DNA of 64,000 nucleotides, from assembly GCA_963674965.2 (NCBI GenBank), contig CAXXFL010000004.1, positions 352,001-416,000 on the forward strand, given 5' to 3'. The position numbers and the translations under genes are program-made. Position 1 is the stretch's first letter; each line of letters starts with the position of its first letter. Positions 17,612 through 27,520 of the stretch are shown here, one piece after another. Source of the DNA: a bacterium (GTDB lineage Bacteria; RBG-13-61-14; DATKZS01). Below the pieces are notes generated by a model that was not told the DNA's origin, ran no database searches, and worked only from the letters and a program-made list of their open reading frames with translations.

Positions 17612-20002
17612 TCAGAAAAATGAAATTGGAACAGGCTCCGAGAAACCATATCCAATATAATTCCCACCACCAACGCCAAAACCAGCTGTTGGTTCAACGC
17701 TAAAAGGAGGTGTTTTACCTTCGCAAACATAATCTAATGAATTTGCAGGAATATTAAAATCAATATCATATCCATATCCATCATGCATTTCCCTTCCAAC
17801 TATAAATCCTGTCCCTGAATAATCCTCTTGAGTACCAAATCCAAGAAGTAAGCCTCCATTTAAATCAGCTCCAACCTGAGGACCCAAAGTACCATATCCT
17901 TGAACTAATAAAAATGGTTTAAAATTAGTAAAATCTATGCATAAATGTAATGATATTTCAGCTCCGATAATTAGACTTGCGCCAATTTCTGCTCCAAATC
18001 CAATAACAATAAGACCATATGGATCATTATAATTTATTGGGGAATTGACTACATATATATATTTATTGTTATATGTATTCACTATTGCTAATAAACCTGG
18101 CCACTTATCCTCCTGGGTAAATCGTCTTTGCTCGGGGCTGTAGTAGCGGGAGCGGTAGAACATGAGGCCGGTTTCGTCGTCATACTCTCTTCCTGTGTAG
18201 CCGTAGGGGGACTGGAGGGAGTAGGGGTTGTAGGTGGAGGTTTGGGCTCCGAAGGGGGAGTATTCGGAGCGCATGAAGACGGCGCCGTTGGACTCGAACT
18301 CGGTGAGGGAGCCGAGACCGTCGGTGAGGGGGAAGGCGGCACCCCCGGCGGAGTCCATCCCCTGGAGGAGGTCGTCGACGCCCGGGCCGTGGACGTAACG
18401 ATTCACCACCGTCGCCCCGTCGAACGACTGCACCACGTCCTCGCCGTCGTAAAAATAAATCGTCTCCTCCGTCCCAAGGTCCTTCAGCACCCGCCGCCCA
18501 AGCGCGTCGTAGACATACTCCACCACCGTGGTCGAGCCTTCCTTGACCTCCACCAGCATATCGTCGGCGTCATAATAATAATCACGAGCCTCCACCGTCG
18601 TGGTACCGTTAATCACGTCCCGGGAGGACATGGCGCCGGCGTCATCGTACTCGTACCGGACCACGTAATCCGCCGCCTCCGACGTGTTCCCGTCCGCGTC
18701 CATGTCATACCAGATCGCCTCCAGCCGGTTCATGCCGTACGCGTCGTAAAAGTACGTCTCCTCCTCCAGGTCGAAACCGCCGTCAACCTCGGTCACGGAC
18801 AGGATATTCCCCAGGGTATCATACTCGTACTCCAGCGTCGAGCCGTCCCAAGTCCCCGCCCTCGAAAGCCGATAAAACGAATCGTACTCGTACTCGACCC
18901 GCACCGACGAACCGCTCAAGGTCCGTACCTGCGCCGTTCGCTGCCCCTTGGCGTTGGCGCCCGAGTCGTATTCGTACTGATACCTCGACAGCGTGGTACT
19001 CCCGTCCTTGTGATGGATGTCCGTCAATCTCCCCTGCTCGTCGTAACCGTATTCCGTCGCCGACGACGCCGTCACCCCGTCCGCCCGGTACCGCGTAACC
19101 TTGCTCCGCATGCCCTGCTCATCGTACTCGTACTCCGCCACCGTCGTGCCGTTCCTGCTCACCGTTTGCAAAGACCCGTCGTCGTAATACCCGTACTCGA
19201 CCGTCTCCCCGTCCGCCGTCGCCATCCTCGTCACCCGGTCCCCGGCGTCATACTCATAATACACGGTCTCCCCGACCGTCGACCCGCAAGCCGCGTCCGC
19301 GCAAACCGTCTGCTCGACCGACGAAACCCGAAAGTACTCGTCATACTCGTAATCCAGCGCCGTGCCCCCAACCTTGTCGTCCTTGACGTAATCGATCCGC
19401 CCGCCAATATACCCCACCTCGATCGTCCTCAGAAGCGACCCCTTGTTCGCGCAGCTCGAACCGGCCCAATACTTCCTCTTCCAAGGCCGGTTCATGCCGT
19501 CGTATTCATAAGACACAACCGAGTTGCCCGCGTTCACCACGCACGTCACCCGTCCGATCTCATCGTAAGTATAGCTCGCCGTCGGGTCCCCCGCGCTCGC
19601 GTCCTCCCGGATCACCTTGTCCATCCGCCCGAAGTCGTCGTACGTGTACAGCGTCTCCAGCGCCGCGCCGGCCGGTTCCGCCGTGAAGCCGACCAGGTTG
19701 CCGACGCCGTCGTAGTCGAAGGTGGTGATGGACGCCGCGCTTCCGATCTCGACCTCGGCCAACCGCCCCCTGGCGTCGGACAGGTACTTCGCGTCCCTGC
19801 CGTTCACGTCGTTGACCGTCACCAGCGTCGCCGTGGCCGTGGTCCCGCCGATGGCCTCGGTCCCGTAGGTCACGCCGGTGTTGAAGCTCACGCCGTCCAC
19901 CTCGGGCAAAGTCACCTCGGTCATCCTGCCGATATCGTCCCAGGTGGCCTGCACTTTCCTGTGCGTGTCGCCGTTTAGCATGACGGACGCGGGCAGACCC
20001 AA
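17612..20002 (-). pseudogene. N-terminally truncated Rhs/YD-repeat protein with a Gly-rich hydrophobic C-terminal toxin domain
   Basis: YD repeats; core GYTGREYDDETGLMFYRSRYYSP...NSPINYNDPYG; abrupt GC drop at the CT; no convincing start or RBS. Confidence 0.85.
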
Positions 20003-20022
20003 AAAGTAACTATCTCCCCTTT
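20001..20022. repeat. Degenerate single arm of the GGGGACAG-TACTT family at a cassette junction
   Basis: aaaaagtaactatctccccttt resembles aagtacactgtcccc (27461-27475); lies between the immunity stop (20027) and the Rhs break. Confidence 0.4.
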
Positions 20023-20026
20023 CCGT

Positions 20027-20401
20027 TCAGTCAATTGGCGGTTTGAACTCGAACTCTTTTTTGCCGACGGGAATTAACTGGAGATCGCCGAATTCAATGG
20101 TTAAGAAATGTTCGCAATCATCCGGCGTCCAAATTTCGGCACGATATCCATTATCCAATAATGTCACTTTAATATCAGTAATCCAATCCCAACTCTGTCT
20201 ATCTTTCATAATGATTTCATATGAGGTGACTTCCTGAAAAAGTAATATTCCAGGCTCCGGTATATATCCTTCAGCGTATTCCCAGTCGAAGTTGACGTTC
20301 TTGAGATGAAGAGCAATCGATTTTTCTTGTTTGTCAATGATGGTTTTCAGTATTCTTCCATCATGAAAACAGCCATAATCCTTTATAATTTCAATTCCCA
20401 T
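20027..20401 (-). CDS. Putative immunity protein (N-terminal FHD motif, Imm50-like)
   Basis: GGGAGG RBS; low GC; downstream of an Rhs CT; CFHDGRI motif. Confidence 0.6.
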   Translation of the reverse strand: MGIEIIKDYGCFHDGRILKTIIDKQEKSIALHLKNVNFDWEYAEGYIPEPGILLFQEVTSYEIIMKDRQSWDWITDIKVTLLDNGYRAEIWTPDDCEHFLTIEFGDLQLIPVGKKEFEFKPPID

Positions 20402-20477
20402 CTAAGTCCTCCCATTAATTGTCGAGAAAACATCTGAAGTAACTAAAACATTCTGACTTACTATAGAATCCTCACTT

Positions 20478-22062
20478 TTAATAAACGAAAACGAACGATG
20501 GTGAAGGGGATACCATGAACGCTGATGAACCACCTAACATATAGGGACTTATCATTGGGGAAAATAATAGCTGGGGAGTCGCTGGATTTCCAAATTGATC
20601 TACTCCATATATTTCTTTTAATGCCCATTCCCTATCCATGCGTTCTTTTTCTCTATTTGAGAGTGCTTCATTCCACGAGCAAGCCAATCTATTGAGCGTC
20701 GATGGGGGTGACAAATCAACTTCATCTCCAGGGCGGAGATGGTCGTCTCCGTCATTAAAATGCCAATGATCCTTTCCACCAGGTGCTTTCGGGCCTTTAT
20801 CAGGATTTGCAGGATGGTAATCAAGATAGTCATTAGTGTATGCGTTTCTGTATCTCATGCCGTTCGGATGTTTATGGGTCCAATCGGTTCTCCATTCAGG
20901 TCCCAAACCATTCGGGCCACTGGGCAATCTCATTCTGGTGAGACCAAACGCATCGGTGAACTGGGCGGGGGAATTGTCAACGTAACTGTATTTGTTCGCA
21001 TAAGTAATTGGAAGCACCAAAATCCCGGCAAATTTATCCTCCTGCACGAATCGTCTTTGTTCGGGGCTGTAGTAGCGGGAGCGGTAGAACATGAGGCCGG
21101 TTTCGTCGTCGTGTTCGCGGCCGGTGAAGCCGTAGGGGGACTGGAGGGAGTAGGGGTTGTAGGTGGAGGTTTGGGCGCCGAAGGGGGAGTATTGGAAGCG
21201 CATGAAGACGGCGCCGTTGGACTCGAACTCGGTGAGGGAGCCGAGACCGTCGGTTAACGGGAAGGCGGACCCGCCGGAGTTTTCGCCCTGGAGGACGTCG
21301 TCGACGCCCGGGCCGTGCACGCAGCGGCCTACCACCGTCGCCCCGTCGAACGTCTGCACGATGTCCTCGCCGTCGTAGAAGTATATGGTCTCGTCCGTCC
21401 CCAAGTCCTTCAGCACCCGCCTCCCAAGCGCGTCGTAAACATACTCCACCACCGTGGTCGCGCCTTCCTTGACCTCCACCAGCATATCGTCGGCGTCATA
21501 ATAATAATCCCGAGCCTCCACCGTCGTGGTCCCGTTAATCACGTCCCGGGCCGACATGGACCCCGCGTCGTTATAATCGTACCTCACCACGTAATCCGCC
21601 GGCTCCGACGTGTCCCCGTCAGCGTCCATGTCGTACCAGATCGCCTCCAGCCGGTTCATCCCGTAACTATCGTAAAAGTATGTCTCCTTCTCCAGGTCGA
21701 AGCCACCGTCAACCTCGGTCACGGACAGAATATTCCCCAGGGTATCATACTCGTACTCCAGCGTCGAGCCGTCCCACGTGCCCGCCCTCGAAAGCCGATA
21801 AAACGAATCGTACTCGTAGTCGACACGCACCGACGAGCCGCTCAAGGTCCGCACCTGCGCCGTCCTTTGCCCCTTGGCGTTGGCGCCCGAGTCGTATTCG
21901 TACTGATACCTCGACAGCGTGGTACTCCCGTCCTTGTGATGGATGTCCGTCAATCTCCCCTGCTCGTCGTAACCGTATTCCGTCGCCGACGACGCCGTCA
22001 CCCCGTCCGACCGGTACCGCGTTACCTTGCTCCGCGCGCCCTGCTCATCGTACTCGTACTCC
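20478..22062 (-). pseudogene. Orphan Rhs core fragment with a C-terminal toxin containing DHWH (putative nuclease/RNase)
   Basis: Near-identical DNA to 18120-19136; core ends NSPAQFTDAFG; homology stops at 22062. Confidence 0.85.
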
Positions 22063-22077
22063 TTGACTTTACTTATC

Positions 22078-22094
22078 ATGGATGTCACCAGATC
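22078..22094. repeat. Single arm of the TGGGGACA family
   Basis: Minus strand gatctggtgacatccat versus gatatggggacatccat (29609) and gatctggggacagcat (22927, 27354); 1 nt from the stop of 22096-22329. Confidence 0.6.
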
Positions 22095-22095
22095 A

Positions 22096-22329
22096 CTAAC
22101 GCGCTTCTAATTCAGCAATTTGCCAATAATATGTGCAGCCTTTCTCAGAATTTAGCGTATTCAATCTATTCACTTCTAATTTGGCTCTTTCTAATGTTCG
22201 TACAAGCTTTTTAATTGTAAAATAAGTTCGCATGCCAGGCTTATGATCATAGTGATCTACTCGTACTATTGCATATACCTGATTCGCTGAAGTTTTATCC
22301 GTTGTATTCATGATGCTATCCTCATTCAT
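22096..22329 (-). CDS. Small hypothetical protein, putative immunity
   Basis: VYAIVR...IKKLVRTLERAKLEVNRLN.LN...YYW...LEAR; paralog of 22480-22695. Confidence 0.65.
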   Translation of the reverse strand: MNEDSIMNTTDKTSANQVYAIVRVDHYDHKPGMRTYFTIKKLVRTLERAKLEVNRLNTLNSEKGCTYYWQIAELEAR

Positions 22330-22479
22330 TATTCAGCATACTTGGGTAAAAGCGTTAGCCTCATATAAAGTCCAACAATCGTGATTATAAATCCGCTATA
22401 TTTACAGGCCGGATATCACGTTCTCTCACATTTGCACATACTGTCGAGATTATCTGCATTTCTCGCACTAAATTAATAC

Positions 22480-22695
22480 TCACCGCTCTTCCAGTCGAGT
22501 ATATCCCCAATAGTAATTACTGCCGTTTTCTGGATTAGTAGCGTTCAACCGCTCAACTTCAGACTCGGCTCTTTCCATAGTCCATACAATTTTTTCTATT
22601 GCAAGTTTCATCATAAATTCCCCATCGATTGATAAATGAACAATCCGCATTACCGCATATACCGGTTCAACCGGCCTACGATTCTTTTCTTTCAT
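22480..22695 (-). CDS. Small hypothetical protein, putative immunity
   Basis: VYAVMR...IEKIVWTMERAESEVERLNA.N...YYW...LEER; AGGA RBS. Confidence 0.65.
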   Translation of the reverse strand: MKEKNRRPVEPVYAVMRIVHLSIDGEFMMKLAIEKIVWTMERAESEVERLNATNPENGSNYYWGYTRLEER

Positions 22696-22802
22696 AAATA
22701 ATTCCTATCATTTTTGCTCAATCCCTGTAAAACCAATAAGCCAATCAATTTTTCCCGGTGAAATGAGGGCTTCGATTTATATTAGCGTTCAACTTGCTCT
22801 TG

Positions 22803-22925
22803 CTAATCCCATGATGAGTCAGTCATGGTGCCCAGAAACTTACGTGTAACCGGATCATGCACGCCACCGCTATGATCGAACAGTACATTATCTGAAGGAC
22901 CACGGCCCCAGTACTTCTTAATATG
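22803..22925 (-). pseudogene. 40-codon C-terminal remnant of a probable polymorphic toxin
   Basis: Manual translation HIKKYWGRGPSDNVLFDHSGGVHDPVTRKFLGTMTDSSWD*; no start codon; begins flush with the repeat element at 22926. Confidence 0.5.
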
Positions 22926-23063
22926 AGATCTGGGGACAGCATACTTATCTCGCCTTTATTTACGGCTAGAGAGGTGTTTATAAATATTCCATCAATATTC
23001 ATCGTCGAAGAACCCAGGTGATTCGGAATGTGTCAAGCAAAATGAGACACGCCTTTCCTGAAT

Positions 23064-24080
23064 TTAGTGTGGCAAACTGTTTGTTTCCTCCGGTTTCTCC
23101 GGTGGGTTGATCCACGCTTTGCCGGGCAACTCCGGCGCCGTCGGCGGTCTTTTCACGAAGCGCTCCGGGTTTTTTTCATAGGCGTGGTCGAGCGTTTTTT
23201 GCCGGGCGGCCACGATCTCGCTCGCCATTCCGTAATGGACCATCTCGGGCGTCATCAGGCCGATCCCGGTGTGCCGATGCTCGCGGTTGTACCAATCGAA
23301 AAACTTCACGCAAAAGGCCCTGGCGTCCTCGATGGAGCCGAACCGGCTCGGGAACTCGGGCCGGTACTTCATGGTCTTGAACTGGCTTTCCGAGTAGGGG
23401 TTGTCGTCGGACACGTGGGGCCGCGAGTGGCTCTTGGTCACGCCCAGGTCGGCCATCAAGAAGGCCACCGGCTTTGATTTCATCGAACTCCCCCGGTCGG
23501 CGTGGATTGTGAGTTGTCCCGGCTCGATCTCCTGTTTTCGGATGCTGTCCCCGATCAGGCGGCGGGCCAGCTCGGCGCTCTCGCGGCGGGCGATCATCCA
23601 GCCCACCACGCAGCGGCTGAAGATATCCATGATCACGTAGAGCTGGTAGCAGGTCCATTTGGCCGGTCCCTTGAGCTTGGTGACGTCCCAGGACCAGACC
23701 TGGTTGGGGGCCTCGGCCAGCAACTCGGGTTTTTTGTATCGGGGATGCCGAAGCTGGTTGCGCCGCTCCCTGACTTCCTTTTCCGAGTCGAGGACGCGGT
23801 ACATGGTGCGGACCGAGCACAGCCATGTCCCCTCGTCCAGGAGCGTTGCCCAGACCTCGCGGGGGGCCTTGTCGGCAAAGCGCTCGGAGTGGAGTCCGTC
23901 CAGCACCCGGCGCCGCTCGTCCTCGCTCAACGACCTTGCCGGCTTGGCCGCGCGCCTCGGCGGCGGAGGCCCGAAGGGAATTTTAGCGCGGCGGTCAAAC
24001 GTTGCCCGCGACAGGCCCAGGGCCTCGCAGGCGGCCTTGACGCCGACCCGGGGAGCGGCCGTGCTTGCCGATTCCATCAT
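23064..24080 (-). CDS. IS3-family transposase OrfB (rve DDE integrase core)
   Basis: PNQVWSWDVT, DIFSR.VVGW, IHADRGS, DNPYSESQFKTMK, WYN.EHRH. Confidence 0.95.
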   Translation of the reverse strand: MMESASTAAPRVGVKAACEALGLSRATFDRRAKIPFGPPPPRRAAKPARSLSEDERRRVLDGLHSERFADKAPREVWATLLDEGTWLCSVRTMYRVLDSEKEVRERRNQLRHPRYKKPELLAEAPNQVWSWDVTKLKGPAKWTCYQLYVIMDIFSRCVVGWMIARRESAELARRLIGDSIRKQEIEPGQLTIHADRGSSMKSKPVAFLMADLGVTKSHSRPHVSDDNPYSESQFKTMKYRPEFPSRFGSIEDARAFCVKFFDWYNREHRHTGIGLMTPEMVHYGMASEIVAARQKTLDHAYEKNPERFVKRPPTAPELPGKAWINPPEKPEETNSLPH

Positions 24081-24616
24081 TCGCTCTCTTCGCCGGGCGG
24101 CTTGGCCAGGGGTATCCCCAGCAGATCGGCAACTTTTTTTTGGAAGTCGATTATCATCTCGGCCTGTTCGAGCCGCTTTTGGAGCTTCCGGTTCTCGCGC
24201 TCGAGGCGGGCCACTTCATCGGCCAGCGGGTTTTTGGCCTTGGGCTTGCGGCCCCGCTTTACGGGCGAAAGCGCTTTCAAGGCCCCCTCGTCCCGCTGCT
24301 TGCGCCAGGCCGTCAGGTGCGACGAATAAAGGCCCTCCCGGCGCAGCAGGGCGCCGACCTCGCCATGCCCCGAGCAGGCGTCGGCCTTCCCGAGGATTGC
24401 GAGCTTGTAAGCCGCGGTGAAGCGCCGCCGGGCGGGCTTTTCCGGGACCTCCGGGTCGGGAAGAATGATCGGCGCCCCTCCCCGCTCGGGCCGCTTGGCC
24501 GGAGTGTCCTCCGGCTCGGCCGTCCCGGTTGGGGAGACTCCGGTCGCCCTACGGGCTCCCTCCGTCTCCCCAACAATCCCTGCCTTCTTCCTGTCTTCAT
24601 CCATCTCTCTATACAT
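24077..24616 (-). CDS. IS3-family transposase OrfA (HTH)
   Basis: RRRFTAAYKLAIL, GALLRREGLYSSHL..WR, coiled coil, QKKV on an A-run; ATGA overlap with orfB. Confidence 0.9.
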   Translation of the reverse strand: MYREMDEDRKKAGIVGETEGARRATGVSPTGTAEPEDTPAKRPERGGAPIILPDPEVPEKPARRRFTAAYKLAILGKADACSGHGEVGALLRREGLYSSHLTAWRKQRDEGALKALSPVKRGRKPKAKNPLADEVARLERENRKLQKRLEQAEMIIDFQKKVADLLGIPLAKPPGEESE

Positions 24617-24723
24617 CCTAATACCTCCCCCGCCCTACAGTAATTTAACATAGGGGAAGTGTCTCATCTACGTTGGCACAGAGGGATTTTCATAAATTAA
24701 GTACTCTGTCCCCAGAACTCCCA

Positions 24724-25647
24724 TCAACGGTCGTCATATTTATTGAGCAATTCCAATATCTCAAGTTCACCACGATTCTTCGCAATGTCAAAAGCATTGT
24801 TACCTTTGTCGTTGCGGATTGTCGGGTCGGCGCCGTTCTCCAATAGTATTTTCACCATTTCGATGTGTCCCCAGAAAATGGCACGATTAAGCGGCGTATC
24901 TCTTTTAGAAGTTAGGGCATCAATTTCAGCTCCTTTTGATATTAGATATTTGGCCACTCCAGCTTTGCCATAGGAAGCAGCATGGTGTAAAGCCGTGTAT
25001 CTTGAAGAGCTGTTGCAAAAGTGTATGTCGGCGTTATGTTTTATCTGATCAGCAATTCTTTTTCTTTCAAAAAATCTATCCGCGATCTCTGGAGAAATTG
25101 TATTTCCAAGAACAATATCATACACTCCATTGTCGTTTAAGTTGAGATAGTAATCTATCAGTTCCCTATTATCATTGCGAACGGCATCCGCTAATGGATG
25201 ATGTCCTCCTAAGTTATGAATATCAGCGCCATAAGTAAGAAGTAGATTTATCATTTTTGTGTCACAAGCTGTTGCATAATTTATCGGACTTTCAAATTGG
25301 GCGCAAACATCGGGATTTGCACCACTTTTCAATAATTTTTCAGCTTCTTTATAATTGCATGCAATTACAGCTTTATGCAGGGGCGATAAGGGAGTGGGAA
25401 TTATATCAGAACCCTCTATTTCTTTTAACGACTCATTCTCACATGTACGATATTTTTGTTGAACTCTTGCTTCGTACAAAGGGCTCTCAGGACTGATACG
25501 CATGTGGTTTTTATAATTTTTTAAAAATGTGCTTGCGGAGAAAAATATAATGATAATAAATACCATGAAAACAACTGAAATAATGGCCAGGGTTTTGCCC
25601 CGATGCATCCAAAAACTTGTTTTTGAAGTTGTATTTAGGTTGTTCAT
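24724..25647 (-). CDS. Ankyrin-repeat protein with an N-terminal TM; putative immunity
   Basis: SPLHKA, TALHHAA..G, TPLNRA..GH.EMVKILLENGADP; starts 1 nt after the Rhs stop. Confidence 0.85.
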   Translation of the reverse strand: MNNLNTTSKTSFWMHRGKTLAIISVVFMVFIIIIFFSASTFLKNYKNHMRISPESPLYEARVQQKYRTCENESLKEIEGSDIIPTPLSPLHKAVIACNYKEAEKLLKSGANPDVCAQFESPINYATACDTKMINLLLTYGADIHNLGGHHPLADAVRNDNRELIDYYLNLNDNGVYDIVLGNTISPEIADRFFERKRIADQIKHNADIHFCNSSSRYTALHHAASYGKAGVAKYLISKGAEIDALTSKRDTPLNRAIFWGHIEMVKILLENGADPTIRNDKGNNAFDIAKNRGELEILELLNKYDDR

Positions 25648-25648
25648 A

Positions 25649-26544
25649 TCACTTGAATCCTAAATCATAGCAGGCTTGGCAGTAATCGCTACATGCTTCG
25701 GCACAGTCAGTTGTTTGAGGGTCTAGTCCTGCTTGAACTCCCTTCCGATTTGCCAAGATATCTCCTGCGCATTCTTCTGGTTGTGTATCAAGATATCTAT
25801 ACTCTTGTAGATATCCATACACTTCTGATCCTAACACCCCCGTAACTCCATACTTTTGTGTAACTTCACAGTGAGCATTACAATGAGCATATTCATCCCA
25901 ATTCATCCCACCCTGTTTTTTCAGTTCATCCTCAAAGTATGTTATTAATGGACCTCTTTTATTTCCTCTATTTGCTTTTCGCTCTTTCGCTAAATCCCGC
26001 TTAAAATTGCGTTTAGCACGCCAAAAATGTAGCGGGATTAATACCGCAAAATCAAGTAGAGCTAAAGGGGCCTCTGTAAATGGATTATGTCTTCGTTCAC
26101 CTTCCGGGTCAATATAAATTATTGGATTATTATAGACGTAAAGATATTTATCCACATAGGTAGCAGGGTCACTGATTTCTCCCCTCCACTTATCCTCCTG
26201 CACAAACCTCCGCTGCTCGGGGCTGTAGTAGCGGGAGCGGTAGAACATGAGGCCGGTTACGTCGTCGTGCTCGCGGCCGGTGTAGCCGTAGGGGGACTGG
26301 AGGGAGTAGGGGTTGTAGGTGGAGGTTTGGGCGCCGAAGGGGGAGTATTCGGAGCGCATGAAGACGGCGCCGTTGGACTCGAACTCGGTGAGGGAGCCGA
26401 GACCGTCGGTGAGGGGGAAGCCGGCGCCCCCGGCGGAGTCCATCCCCTGGAGGAGGTCGTCGACGCCGGGGCCGTGGACGTAGCGGTTCACCACCGTGGC
26501 CCCGTCGAACGTCTGCACGATATCCTCGCCGTCGTAAAAATAAA
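25649..26544 (-). pseudogene. Orphan Rhs core fragment with a Cys/His-containing CT (DxYxHC...DxxAN..G)
   Basis: Core near-identical to 18120-18459; ends NNPIIYIDPEG; homology stops at 26544. Confidence 0.85.
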
Positions 26545-26553
26545 GCATTGATT

Positions 26554-26670
26554 GTTTTTAGCTCCTCCACTTGAAAAAGGGCCGTTCAATACGATTGGCG
26601 TCAGGAACGTTCAGCCCGCGGCTTCGCCGCCCACGCAATATTGAAGACAATATTGCGTGGGCCACCCCGC
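26554..26670. repeat. 62 bp duplicated segment plus GGGGTGGCC-hairpin REP
   Basis: Perfect hairpin GCCCACGCAATATTG-aaga-CAATATTGCGTGGGC; left part matches 16273-16335. Confidence 0.8.
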
Positions 26671-26707
26671 AGATTGTCCTCTCAATGAACTGGTAGAACA
26701 CTGCCAG

Positions 26708-27289
26708 TCACAAAACGGATAGCCTCTTCAGATCGTAAATATCAATTTGTTTTTCCACAAAGATATCTTCTAAAGCATCCGGCCCATTTTTTTCAGCAAA
26801 ATCAATTTCCTTTTCAGAAATAGGAACCGCTAATAACCACGCTACAGTCTTTTTTTCAAAGTACATTGTTTTCAATGTATCTTCCCATAAAAATGGAGGG
26901 ACGAATAAAAAATGCTTCATTGTTGGGGACAAGTTATACATTTTAAGTACGTCCGGGAAAATAGCCCCCGGGTAACAAGGCCATTTTGAGTTAATAATGC
27001 AAAATGCTGCCGTCCCTAGCGCAAGATCAAAGTCCGTGAATTCCGAGTAGCAAGCTCCCACAATTTCAAGTCGTGTTGGATACTCTAAGCCTTGCATGAT
27101 AAGCGGCGAGTCAGACAATCCGATCGTTGAATAAGACGACACGCCTTTTTCCGGATGATTAGGGCAAGTTAGTATGTCGACAAAATTCTCCTCCGCATCA
27201 TCCAGATGCCGACGTACTGTTGATTCCCTCCCGAAAGCTTGTACTAATGCCCTAGTGATTTCTAAGTTCTCTTCGGAAATGGCGCGCAT
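26708..27289 (-). CDS. Suppressor-of-fused (SUFU) domain immunity protein
   Basis: SYSTIGLSD, RLEIVGAC, PGAIF.DV, KHFLFVPPFLW, VAWLLAVPISE.E, G.DALE..F. Confidence 0.85.
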   Translation of the reverse strand: MRAISEENLEITRALVQAFGRESTVRRHLDDAEENFVDILTCPNHPEKGVSSYSTIGLSDSPLIMQGLEYPTRLEIVGACYSEFTDFDLALGTAAFCIINSKWPCYPGAIFPDVLKMYNLSPTMKHFLFVPPFLWEDTLKTMYFEKKTVAWLLAVPISEKEIDFAEKNGPDALEDIFVEKQIDIYDLKRLSVL

Positions 27290-27313
27290 AGTTATCCCCC
27301 CTGATGTGGTCTG

Positions 27314-27352
27314 TTATGGAATTTCGCTTCTATGATTACGGTTTGAACTTGT
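27314..27352 (-). pseudogene. 12-codon possible toxin tail remnant (TSSNRNHRSEIP*)
   Basis: Flush with the repeat at 27353; resembles the SSNRSHxxE ending I recall for GH-E/HNH-type nuclease toxins; very short. Confidence 0.3.
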
Positions 27353-27482
27353 AGATCTGGGGACAGCATACTTATCTCGCCTTTATTGACGGCTAGAGAG
27401 ACGTTTATGAATATTCCATCAATATTCATCGTCGAAGAACCCAGTTGATTTTCAAAAATTAAGTACACTGTCCCCAGAACTC
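27353..27482. repeat. ~130 bp MITE/REPIN-like element (copy B, intact)
   Basis: agatctggggacagcatacttat...aattaagtacactgtccccagaactc with terminal inverted repeats. Confidence 0.85.
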
Positions 27483-27520
27483 AATATAGGTGATCTAAAT
27501 TCTCCCATTAGGCCTGACCC

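Larger units (their letters stand above)
23024..24684 (-). mobile_element. IS3-family insertion sequence
   Basis: orfA/orfB; imperfect IRs TGTGTCAAGCAAAATGAGACAC / GTGTCTCATCTACGTTGGCACA; GATT duplicated on both sides relative to the empty copy at 27353. Confidence 0.9.
22926..24720. repeat. ~130 bp MITE/REPIN-like element (copy A) split by the IS
   Basis: 22926-23023 plus 24689-24720 reconstitute a near-identical copy of 27353-27482; terminal IRs tctggggacag.atactta / ttaagtac.ctgtccccaga. Confidence 0.85.
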
